Positions 25,805 to 33,805 of a stretch of 33,805 bases of DNA are shown here, piece after piece. The position numbers and the translations under genes are program-made. The DNA is from Luteolibacter sp. Its GTDB lineage: Bacteria; Verrucomicrobiota; Verrucomicrobiia; Verrucomicrobiales; Akkermansiaceae. Under the pieces are notes generated by a model that was not told where the DNA came from, searched no databases, and saw only the letters and a program-made list of their open reading frames with translations. How positions within the stretch are numbered: the stretch's first letter is position 1; each line of letters starts with the position of its first letter. The stretch is taken from positions 1 through 33,805 of the forward strand of contig JAYVEJ010000341.1 in NCBI GenBank assembly GCA_043748885.1, written 5' to 3'.

Positions 25805-27069
25805 TTCCATTTCTGCTAACCGGACTTGTGGTGCTTGAGGCATCCGCCGTGGAGCTTCAAGTGGGCACGGGGCAAACCCATGCCAGCATTGCCTCCGCCA
25901 TCGCCGCCGCAGGTGCTGGCGACACGATCCGGGTTCACTCTGGAATCTATCAGGAAGGCACCCTGCGGATCGATAAATCCGTCACCCTTCTCGGTGAGAA
26001 TGCACCGGTGCTGGATGGCGGCGGAAAACAGGAGGTGCTCACCATCACCGCGTCCGACGTCCGGGTGAGTGGATTTGAAATCCGCAACAGTGGCGTAAGC
26101 AGTCTTGAAGATTACGCCGGCATCAAGATTTCCGAAGCCGCCCGCGTCACGGTGGATAACAACCGGGTTCACCATTGCACATTCGCCATCTACCTCTCCA
26201 AGGCCAATCATTGCCGCGTTCTCAACAACCAGATCCGGGGTGAGTCCCACAACGAACAGGACATCGCCAATGGCATCCACCTCTGGTCCTGCAATCAGAT
26301 CACGGTGATTGGAAATGACGTCCGCAACCAACGGGACGGCATCTACTTGGAGTTCGCGACGGATTCGGTGGTGGAGGACAATCACGTCGAAAACAACCTC
26401 CGTTACGGCCTCCATTTCATGTTTTCCCACGGCAATGCCTACCGCCGGAATTCCTTCATCCACAACAGCGCGGGCGTGGCCGTCATGTATTCGCGCAACG
26501 TGGAGATGACTTCCAATCACTTTTCCGCCAACTGGGGATCTGCCTCTTACGGTCTGCTTCTCAAGGATATGACGGAAGGTCGGATCACCGGAAATACCTT
26601 TGACCGCAACACCGTCGGAATCGCCATGCACGGCTCGAACCGCATGCACCTCGAGAAAAACGAGTTCCGTGACAACGGCTGGGCCATCCAGATTCAGGCG
26701 AGTTCATCGGACAATTCTTTTCTCAACAATAACTTCTCCGGCAACTCCTTCGACATCGGAGCGGAAGGCGAACTCGATAACAACCGCTTCGATCAGAACT
26801 ACTGGGACAAATACGAAGGCTACGATTTAAAACGGGACGGCACTGGCGACGTGCCATTCCGTCCGGTAAGTCTCTATGCGGTGATCGTCGGGCGCGTGCC
26901 CTCGTCGATTCTGTTACTCCGCAGCCCGATCGTTCACCTCTTGGATCAGGCAGAGAAAGCGTTTCCCTCCATCACTCCCGAACGCGTTCTCGATGAAAAC
27001 CCCGCGATGCGCCGGCATCCGCTCGTCACCTTTCTACCGCAAACCCCCAATCCGACCCAACGACCGTGA
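25792..27069 (+). CDS. nosD: Nitrous oxide reductase maturation protein NosD
   Basis: Signal peptide, beta-helix repeats, GIHLW, RDGIYLEF, LRYGLHFMFS and NYWDKYEGYDL..DGTGDVP. Confidence 0.95.
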   Translation: MHSLIPFLLTGLVVLEASAVELQVGTGQTHASIASAIAAAGAGDTIRVHSGIYQEGTLRIDKSVTLLGENAPVLDGGGKQEVLTITASDVRVSGFEIRNSGVSSLEDYAGIKISEAARVTVDNNRVHHCTFAIYLSKANHCRVLNNQIRGESHNEQDIANGIHLWSCNQITVIGNDVRNQRDGIYLEFATDSVVEDNHVENNLRYGLHFMFSHGNAYRRNSFIHNSAGVAVMYSRNVEMTSNHFSANWGSASYGLLLKDMTEGRITGNTFDRNTVGIAMHGSNRMHLEKNEFRDNGWAIQIQASSSDNSFLNNNFSGNSFDIGAEGELDNNRFDQNYWDKYEGYDLKRDGTGDVPFRPVSLYAVIVGRVPSSILLLRSPIVHLLDQAEKAFPSITPERVLDENPAMRRHPLVTFLPQTPNPTQRP

Positions 27070-27638
27070 AACCGAAATCAATCCTGAGAGTCCTGCTATG
27101 TGTTTCTGCGAGCCTTCTGCTCAACCACTGTGAGAAATCCGCGTCACCAGCGGCGTCTGGCAGTGAATCGGAATCCGCCGCCCCCGTCTCCGGCCAATCT
27201 GCCGTGGCGGATGATGTCTCTCAAAAAGATGTCGTCAAGGTGGCTGTTGGCAGCCCCGCCCACACCACGTTGGTCACCGCAGTGAAAGCGGCGGAACTCG
27301 TGGATGTGCTTTCCAACGCAGGCCCCTTCACCGTCTTCGCTCCCACCAACGCGGCGTTTGACAAACTCCCCAAGGGAACGGTCGAAAGCCTCTTGAAACC
27401 GGAGAACAAGGAAAAGCTGGCCGACATCCTCCAATATCACGTCGCCGTGGGCGGCTATAAGGAAGAGATGCTAACGGACGGAAAGACTCTCAACATGGCC
27501 AACGGCGGCAACGTGAAAATCAGCGTGAAAGACGGCAAAATCATTCTCAACGGCACTGCCACTGTCACCGCAACCGTCGCCGCTTCCAACGGCATCGTCC
27601 ATGTGATCGACGGCGTGCTGCTTCCACCGGCCCAGTGA
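27066..27638 (+). CDS. Fasciclin (FAS1) domain lipoprotein
   Basis: GPFTVFAPTNAAF, ILQYHV and ASNGIVHVIDGVLLP FAS1 motifs. It overlaps the nosD stop and the nosF ORF (GTGA junctions). Confidence 0.92.
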   Translation: MKPKSILRVLLCVSASLLLNHCEKSASPAASGSESESAAPVSGQSAVADDVSQKDVVKVAVGSPAHTTLVTAVKAAELVDVLSNAGPFTVFAPTNAAFDKLPKGTVESLLKPENKEKLADILQYHVAVGGYKEEMLTDGKTLNMANGGNVKISVKDGKIILNGTATVTATVAASNGIVHVIDGVLLPPAQ

Positions 27639-28393
27639 TTTCAAAGTTGAAATCTGAAATTTCAGATCCCCCTCCCATGATCGTCGCCCGTCATCTCACG
27701 AAATCATTCGGTCGCCTGCGGGCATTGGATGATTTCAGCGTGACGATGAATCGCGGGCAGTCGGTGCTGCTGATCGGCCCTAACGGCTCTGGCAAAACCA
27801 CCTTCATCAAGTGCGTGCTCGGCCTCGTCCTTCCGAACAAAGGCGAGCTGACCTTGGATGGCGAAAGTCTGTTGCAGAACCCATCCCTCCGCCGCGCCAT
27901 TGGCTACATGCCCCAGATCGGCCGGTTCCCCGACCATTTGCGCGTGGGCCAAATCTTCGAGATGATGCGGGAAATCCGCCGCGGCACCTTCACCAGAACC
28001 GACGAGGATCTGGTAGAAGCTTTCGGCATCGACAAGATCGCCCACAAAGCCGCCCGCACTCTATCGGGCGGCACCCGCCAGAAGGTCAGTGCTTGCCTCG
28101 CGTTCCTGTTCGACCCGGACATCCTCATTCTGGACGAACCCACCGCCGGTCTCGATCCGGTGGCCGCCGAAATTCTCAAAGAGAAGGTCCGCGCCGAGAG
28201 GGCGAACCATAAATTGATCTTGATGACCTCGCACATCCTCAGCGATCTCGACGAAATCACCAGCGATGTGCTGCACCTCATTGAGGGCAAACTCCAGTTC
28301 TACCGATCCATCAATGAACTGATGTCCGGGCAGGGCGATGAGAAACTCGGCCGTGTCATCGCGAGAATCATGCGGGAGTCCCCCACGCCCTGA
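27635..28393 (+). CDS. nosF: ABC transporter ATPase NosF (start 27635 or ATG 27677)
   Basis: GPNGSGKT, GYMPQ, LSGG and LDEPT motifs; nos context. Confidence 0.92.
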   Translation: MISKLKSEISDPPPMIVARHLTKSFGRLRALDDFSVTMNRGQSVLLIGPNGSGKTTFIKCVLGLVLPNKGELTLDGESLLQNPSLRRAIGYMPQIGRFPDHLRVGQIFEMMREIRRGTFTRTDEDLVEAFGIDKIAHKAARTLSGGTRQKVSACLAFLFDPDILILDEPTAGLDPVAAEILKEKVRAERANHKLILMTSHILSDLDEITSDVLHLIEGKLQFYRSINELMSGQGDEKLGRVIARIMRESPTP

Positions 28394-28399
28394 TTATCC

Positions 28400-29167
28400 A
28401 TGCTGAAGATTGTCAAATACGTCGTCAAAGACATCGTCCGCAGCAAGATCGTGCTGGCTTATGCGGGCTTCCTGCTGGCCGGTTCGCTCGGACTATTCAA
28501 CCTCGGCGGCGATAGCGCTAAGGGATTGATCGGCCTGTTGAGCTTGGTTCTGATGGTGGTGCCATTGGTCAGCTTGATCTTCGGCACGATTCACTTCTAC
28601 AACTCCTACGAATTCATCGAACTCCTCGCCTCCCAGCCATTGAAACGCAGAACCATCCTGTTGGCTGAATTCATCGGAGTCTCGATTGCCCTAGGTTCGG
28701 CATTGCTGTTAGGCGTCGGTCTGCCGGTTCTGCTCTACGCGGCCAACGTCACCGGACTGACGCTGCTAGCTGTCGGACTCGTGCTGACGGTGATATTCGT
28801 CGCGCTGGCGTTTCTTGGTGCGGTCGCCACGCGGGACAAGGCCCGCGGCATCGGGGTCGCCATGCTGGTATGGTTCTACTTTGCGCTGCTGCACGGCGGA
28901 GTGATGCTTTTCGTGATGCTCACCTTTGAAGATTACCCGCTGGAAAAAGCGACGATGGCCATGATTTCGCTCAATCCCATCGATCTGGGCCGCGTGGTGG
29001 TCCTGCTGCAAATGGATGTTTCCGCGCTGATGGGTTTCACCGGCGCGATGATGAAGGATCTGTTGGGCACCGCACTGGGAACCGCCTGTGGGAGCGGAGT
29101 TCTTGCGCTTTGGGTGCTGGTTCCGCTGTCACTCTCGGTTGTGATCTTCCGCCGCAAGGATCTGTGA
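28400..29167 (+). CDS. nosY: ABC transporter permease NosY
   Basis: YNSYEFIELLASQP, DYPLE, LNPIDLGR and C-terminal RRKD motifs; multi-TM. Confidence 0.92.
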   Translation: MLKIVKYVVKDIVRSKIVLAYAGFLLAGSLGLFNLGGDSAKGLIGLLSLVLMVVPLVSLIFGTIHFYNSYEFIELLASQPLKRRTILLAEFIGVSIALGSALLLGVGLPVLLYAANVTGLTLLAVGLVLTVIFVALAFLGAVATRDKARGIGVAMLVWFYFALLHGGVMLFVMLTFEDYPLEKATMAMISLNPIDLGRVVVLLQMDVSALMGFTGAMMKDLLGTALGTACGSGVLALWVLVPLSLSVVIFRRKDL

Positions 29168-29258
29168 TCGGATGCAACCGCGCCGCAACCCGAATGCCCC
29201 TATCCCATTTGGGTTTGCCTTGGCCAAGCCGCGCATCCCGGTTTAGCCTGCCCGCCGA

Positions 29259-31961
29259 TTGATCGAAGTTCGTTTCCAACGTGGCCTGCACTTGCCGGAA
29301 CTCGACCTGTGGCTGGACCCATGGGACGCGAAACCATGGGCATTCGTGTCCCACGCCCATGCCGATCATTTTGCCCGCCATGAATCCGCGCTCTGCTCGG
29401 AGGTCACTGCGGTGCTGGTCCACAAACGTTTCCACCTGGCGGAAAACCGGATCGAGCCGGCGTCCTTCCATGTGCCAGTCGCGCGCGATGGCTTCCGGCT
29501 GCGCTTGCTGCCCGCCGGTCACATTTCCGGCTCGGCAATGCTGCATGTCACCCGCATCAAGGACAACGCGAGCTTGCTCTACACAGGCGATTTTAAGACC
29601 CGCCGCGGTCGCACGGCGGAGGCAGTTAATTTTCTAGCAGCCGATACCTTGATCATGGAAACCACCTTCGGGCTGCCGAATTTCGAGTTTCCTGCACAGA
29701 TGGAAATCGAGGCAAGCATCTTGCGCTTCATCCAGGATGCCTTCGCCGATGGCGAAACGCCGGTGCTGTTCGGCTACTCGTTAGGGAAAGCCCAAGAAGC
29801 GCTCGCGCTGCTAACAGAGCACGGAATCCCCGCGCTGCTCCACCCGACGGTGGCGGCGATGACCGTCGCCTGCCGCGCCGCCGGCTTCCAAATGCTGCCG
29901 GAGCCGGTGGAGTTCCAAGGTCACGCGCCAGCCGGCCATGTCATCATCGCGCCGCCTAACACGATCCGCTCCAAACTGCTGCGCGGGCTGAAATCCAAAC
30001 GCACCGCGATGCTCACCGGCTGGGCGCTGCAACCCGGCTCGAAATTCCGCTACCGCGTGGATGAAGTTTTCCCGATGTCCGACCATGCCGATCATCCCGG
30101 CTTGATGGAATGCATCAAGCGCGTGCGGCCGAAGAAAATTCTAACCGTGCATGGTTATGCCAAGGAATTCGCCGCCGAGATGCGGACGCGTGGCATGGAC
30201 GCGTGGTGCGCGATGGGCGGCGACCAACTCGAACTCTCGATCCACCAAGCTGCCCAACGGTCAGGTTCTTCCGGCGGTCCGCGCCACAGCCGCGCGATCT
30301 GTGCGCTGGCGGACTTCGGCGATCTCTGCCGCCTTGTCGGAGAAACTAGCAGCCGCGTCGCGAAAACCGAATACCTCGCCGCCTACCTACGCGGCTTGAA
30401 GGATGAGGAAGACCTCCGGCTCGCGGCGGTCTGGCTAACAGGCGAAGCGCTGCCCCGCAAAAGCGGTCGTCGTCCGCTGCATGTCGGCTCCGCCACCATC
30501 CGCCGCGCGCTCATTTCGCTGCCTAATGTCAGGGAGGAGCGCTACCGCGAAATTTCGCTTAGTCAGAACGACACTGCCCGCACCGCGCGGCTGGTGCTCC
30601 AGGAAATCCCGCTCAAGCCACAACCGCTCGACCTGCCGGGGCTGGCGGCGTTTTTTCACGAGCTACTCTCGGCATCCGGCTCGCTGGATCGCATCGCCCG
30701 ACTCGCCGCCCGGCTCGCGACTTTGCATCCGGTGGAGGGCGAGACCGTGGTCAAACTTCTAACTGGCGACCTCCGAATCGGCCTGAAGGAAGGTCTGGTC
30801 GAGGACGCCATCGCCGCCGCATTCAGCGCAGAAAATGGCGACATCCGCCACGCCCACATGCTCACCGGCGACATCGGCGAGACGGCCCTGTTAGCCCGCC
30901 ATGGCAAGCTCAAGCAAGCAACTCTGCGCCCGCTGGTGCCGGTGAAATGCATGCTCGCCGCGCCGCTCGAACGGGACGCGGAAGACGACCGACCGTTGTT
31001 CGAGAAACTATCATTTGCGCCGCCGTTCTGGCTGGAGCCGAAGTATGACGGCATCCGCGCGCAGCTTCACAAACACGGCACCGAGGTTGCCCTGTTCTCC
31101 CGCGACCTCCGCCCGCTCGACGAGGAATTCCCCGAACTGCTAACCGCCGCCCGCAAACTCACCGGCGATTTCATCCTCGATGGCGAACTCATCGCCTACG
31201 CCGAAGGCCGCAAGCTCGGCTTCGCTGATCTGCAAAAACGGCTCGGTCGGCGGATGGCGGATGGTGATTTATTTCTCACCGACGACGGCCAGGACAGCTC
31301 CGTGCCGCTGCGCTTCATTGCCTTCGACCTGCTCTGGCACAACGGCGAGGATCTGCTAGGCCAGCCGTTGCTAGACCGGCGAGGGAAACTGGAATCGTTG
31401 TCACTGGTTTCTCCATTCGAGACCATCACCCTCCAGCCCGCTAACGATCCGGCAGGGATTGAGGCTGCTTTTAAACAAGCCCTTCAAGACGGCCACGAAG
31501 GTCTCATCGCCAAAGATCCGCAAAGCCACTACTCGCCAGGCCGACGCGGTAAAAGTTGGATCAAACTCAAAGGCGTGATGCCCACGCTCGACTGCGTGGT
31601 CGTCATCGCCGAGCAAGGCCATGGCAAGCGCTCCGACGTTCTATCCGACTACACCTTCGCCGTGCGCGATGAGGCGAACGGCCAACTGCGAGTCATCGGT
31701 AAGGCCTACTCGGGACTCACCGACGATGAGATCGAAGACCTCACCGAGCATTTTAAAACACACACGCTGCACAAGGAACGGCGCAAACATCACGTCGAGC
31801 CGAACCTGGTGTTAGAAATCGCCTTCGACGCCATCCGCCCGTCGCCCCGCCACGATTCGGGCTTGGCGTTGCGCTTTCCCCGCATCAAAGCGATCCGGCG
31901 GGACAAGACCCTTGCCGACATCGACACGTTGCAATCGGCTAGGAAGCTGTTGGAACTTTGA
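29259..31961 (+). CDS. Metallo-beta-lactamase/beta-CASP nuclease fused to ATP-dependent DNA ligase
   Basis: N-terminus has SHAHADH, AGHISGS, YTGDF, ETTFG, YSLGKAQ, SDHAD and VHG. C-terminus has LRIG, EPKYDG (adenylated Lys), LDGEL, FDLL, EGLIAK and LRFPR. TTG start. Confidence 0.92.
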   Translation: MIEVRFQRGLHLPELDLWLDPWDAKPWAFVSHAHADHFARHESALCSEVTAVLVHKRFHLAENRIEPASFHVPVARDGFRLRLLPAGHISGSAMLHVTRIKDNASLLYTGDFKTRRGRTAEAVNFLAADTLIMETTFGLPNFEFPAQMEIEASILRFIQDAFADGETPVLFGYSLGKAQEALALLTEHGIPALLHPTVAAMTVACRAAGFQMLPEPVEFQGHAPAGHVIIAPPNTIRSKLLRGLKSKRTAMLTGWALQPGSKFRYRVDEVFPMSDHADHPGLMECIKRVRPKKILTVHGYAKEFAAEMRTRGMDAWCAMGGDQLELSIHQAAQRSGSSGGPRHSRAICALADFGDLCRLVGETSSRVAKTEYLAAYLRGLKDEEDLRLAAVWLTGEALPRKSGRRPLHVGSATIRRALISLPNVREERYREISLSQNDTARTARLVLQEIPLKPQPLDLPGLAAFFHELLSASGSLDRIARLAARLATLHPVEGETVVKLLTGDLRIGLKEGLVEDAIAAAFSAENGDIRHAHMLTGDIGETALLARHGKLKQATLRPLVPVKCMLAAPLERDAEDDRPLFEKLSFAPPFWLEPKYDGIRAQLHKHGTEVALFSRDLRPLDEEFPELLTAARKLTGDFILDGELIAYAEGRKLGFADLQKRLGRRMADGDLFLTDDGQDSSVPLRFIAFDLLWHNGEDLLGQPLLDRRGKLESLSLVSPFETITLQPANDPAGIEAAFKQALQDGHEGLIAKDPQSHYSPGRRGKSWIKLKGVMPTLDCVVVIAEQGHGKRSDVLSDYTFAVRDEANGQLRVIGKAYSGLTDDEIEDLTEHFKTHTLHKERRKHHVEPNLVLEIAFDAIRPSPRHDSGLALRFPRIKAIRRDKTLADIDTLQSARKLLEL

Positions 31962-31995
31962 GCCAATCACCCACCGCCCGCCGAAGGGGCTGACT

Positions 31996-32059
31996 GTAAA
32001 GTGTCCCGGCTGTCCCAGCCGGATTCCAACCCGGCTGAGACAGCCGGGACACATTTTAC
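31996..32059. repeat. Long inverted repeat (REP-like element / bidirectional terminator)
   Basis: 22-bp arms 32001-32022 and 32031-32052 with one mismatch and an 8-nt loop, flanked by GTAAA/TTTAC. It lies between convergent ligase and sucD genes. Confidence 0.85.
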
Positions 32060-32082
32060 TCAGCTTCTCACCGGAGCCGAGC

Positions 32083-32979
32083 TTACTTCCCCCAGCGCTC
32101 TAGCAGCGTCTTCGCCATGTCGCTCGGAGTTTCTGCGACGGCGATGCCACACTCGGCGAGGATGCGCTTCTTGGCTTGCGCGGTGTCTTCCTCGCCGCCG
32201 ACGATGGCACCGGCGTGACCCATCCGGCGGCCCGGAGGCGCGGTGGCTCCGGCGATAAATCCAGCGATCGGCTTCTTGCAATTTTCCCTAGCCCAGCGCG
32301 CGGCATCGACTTCCGCGTTGCCGCCGATTTCGCCGATCATGATGATGGCTTCGGTCTCCGGGTCGTTGTTAAACATTTCCAACACTTCGAGGTGGTTGGT
32401 GCCGTTGATCGGATCGCCACCGATGCCGACACAGGTGCTTTGGCCGTAACCGAGCTGGGTGAGTTGGAACACGGCCTCATACGTGAGAGTGCCAGAACGC
32501 GAAACCACGCCGACGTTTCCACGCTTATGAATGTAGCCAGGAGCGATGCCAATCCGACAGCCGCCATGCGATTTCTCGCCGCGGCCGGGAGTGACGATTC
32601 CCGGGCAGTTAGGGCCGACGAGCCGCGACTTAGAACCCCGCAGCGCTTCCTTCACCCGCATCATATCCATCACGGGAATGCCTTCGGTAATGCAAACGAT
32701 GAGTTCCACACCTGCGTCGGCGGCTTCGAGAATGGCATCGGCGGCAAATGGCGGCGGCACGAAGATGGCGGAAGCGGTGGCTCCAGTTTCATTCACCGCT
32801 TGGCTAACCGTATCGAAAATGGGAACTATATTTTCAAACTTCTGTCCGCCTTTTCCAGGAGTTACGCCGGCGACGAGTTTCGTGCCGTAAGCAAGTGATA
32901 GAGATGCGTGGCGCGCGCCGAAGCTGCCGGTGATTCCTTGGACTAGGAGCTTAGTGTTTTCGTCGATGAGGATAGCCAT
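32083..32979 (-). CDS. sucD: Succinyl-CoA synthetase alpha subunit
   Basis: [27 protein letters not shown] and RMGHAGA phospho-His loop. Confidence 0.97.
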   Translation of the reverse strand: MAILIDENTKLLVQGITGSFGARHASLSLAYGTKLVAGVTPGKGGQKFENIVPIFDTVSQAVNETGATASAIFVPPPFAADAILEAADAGVELIVCITEGIPVMDMMRVKEALRGSKSRLVGPNCPGIVTPGRGEKSHGGCRIGIAPGYIHKRGNVGVVSRSGTLTYEAVFQLTQLGYGQSTCVGIGGDPINGTNHLEVLEMFNNDPETEAIIMIGEIGGNAEVDAARWARENCKKPIAGFIAGATAPPGRRMGHAGAIVGGEEDTAQAKKRILAECGIAVAETPSDMAKTLLERWGK

Positions 32980-33002
32980 GATAGGTGAAGAGATTTAATT
33001 AA

Positions 33003-33530
33003 TTACTTTTCGAGTCTGTCGTAAATCGGCTGGGGAATCAGATTCATAATGCTGGGATGAGCTTCAAACAGTCGTGAGATATCAGCGAGGTCTTTCTGGC
33101 GTTTGCTGGGCCGACGTTCAGGCTCTTCATAGGCGGCGATTTTCCCTTTGAGGGTGTCCTCAAGACTGGCAACGCGCATGAGGATTCCATGCACGATTGC
33201 CGCAGTCGCACGCTCTGGGAAATCGAGATACATTTCCTCAGTGCTGATCTGAATGGAAACCTTCGATTCACCCTTGAAGTTGATAGACCATTGAAAGCGC
33301 TTTTCGGAGAATCCGAGGCTTTTCAGTGCTTCCGCGGCCTCTTCAATTCTGTCAGCAGCGATCACTATATCGACATCCGCAGTGGCCATCGGTTCTTCAG
33401 CCCAATGATTCACCGCGAGGCCACCAATCATGCACCAGGAAATTTCACGCTCTTCCAAAGCCGCGACGAGGCGCGAGACGTCCTTCGCCCCACCCAATGT
33501 CTGCCAGTCGTAAAATTGCCGCAGGGTCAT
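33003..33530 (-). CDS. Nucleotidyltransferase-superfamily protein inserted between sucC and sucD
   Basis: IGGLAV..W..P.ATADVD (GG...DxD) motif and C-terminal K...RxxKxxKDLADI; visibly lower GC than sucC. Confidence 0.75.
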   Translation of the reverse strand: MTLRQFYDWQTLGGAKDVSRLVAALEEREISWCMIGGLAVNHWAEEPMATADVDIVIAADRIEEAAEALKSLGFSEKRFQWSINFKGESKVSIQISTEEMYLDFPERATAAIVHGILMRVASLEDTLKGKIAAYEEPERRPSKRQKDLADISRLFEAHPSIMNLIPQPIYDRLEK

Positions 33531-33535
33531 CGTTT

Positions 33536-33805
33536 TCAGGCCACCGCAGCGACGATTTTTCGGGCACCGTCGGCCATGTCGTCGGCGGCGACGATGTTAA
33601 GTCCAGACGCAGCGAGAGTGGCCTTGCCCATCTCGACGTTGTTGCCTTCTAGCCGGACGACGAGCGGGATCGGCAAACCGGTTTCTCTAGCCGCAGCGAT
33701 CACTCCTTCGGCGATGATGTTGCAATCCATAATCCCGCCGAAGATATTGATGAGGATGCCTTTCACATTCGGATCGCCGAGGATGATTTTAAACGCGGCG
33801 GTCAC
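33536..33805 (-). CDS. sucC: Succinyl-CoA synthetase beta subunit, C-terminal part (truncated by window)
   Basis: [25 protein letters not shown]...[11 protein letters not shown]; upstream of sucD. Confidence 0.95.
   Translation of the reverse strand: MTAAFKIILGDPNVKGILINIFGGIMDCNIIAEGVIAAARETGLPIPLVVRLEGNNVEMGKATLAASGLNIVAADDMADGARKIVAAVA

Noticed and set aside
1-33805. tRNA/rRNA genes, CRISPR arrays, transposases, integrases
   Set aside because: None recognisable; nearly all sequence is accounted for by protein genes with short spacers.

Overview
GC-rich bacterial chromosomal window, probably from a Verrucomicrobiota (Luteolibacter/Verrucomicrobiaceae-like) or related PVC organism. That assignment is inferred from C/A-rich non-Shine-Dalgarno leaders and the protein types, not from a search. 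About 29 kb is an anaerobic-respiration / NO-response island. It holds the end of a nap operon (napA', tetra-heme napB, napF-like, a conserved hypothetical), class III RNR (nrdG-nrdD), heme A synthase, a cNOR operon (small membrane ORF-norC[di-heme]-norB-norQ-norD), a DNR/HcpR-like Crp regulator, nnrS, two heme-biosynthesis-type radical SAM genes, ric-nrdJ-flavoenzyme, an Rrf2 regulator and a complete clade II nos cluster. No nirS/nirK is present in the window. After the island come an MBL-nuclease/ATP-dependent ligase fusion, a REP-like hairpin and sucD-(nucleotidyltransferase)-sucC'. The strongest unexplained signals are four. (1) A shared 25-bp AT-rich quasi-palindrome lies upstream of nrdGD, in the ahb/ric-nrdJ divergent promoter and in the rrf2/nos divergent promoter, suggesting an Rrf2 regulon that couples O2-independent housekeeping enzymes to denitrification. 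(2) A diverged ~200-bp direct repeat brackets a 3.9-kb nrdDG-ctaA insert. (3) Tandem NrdR boxes and a perfect TGTGA-N6-TCACA site are present. (4) NapB, NorC and NorB have unusual architectures.
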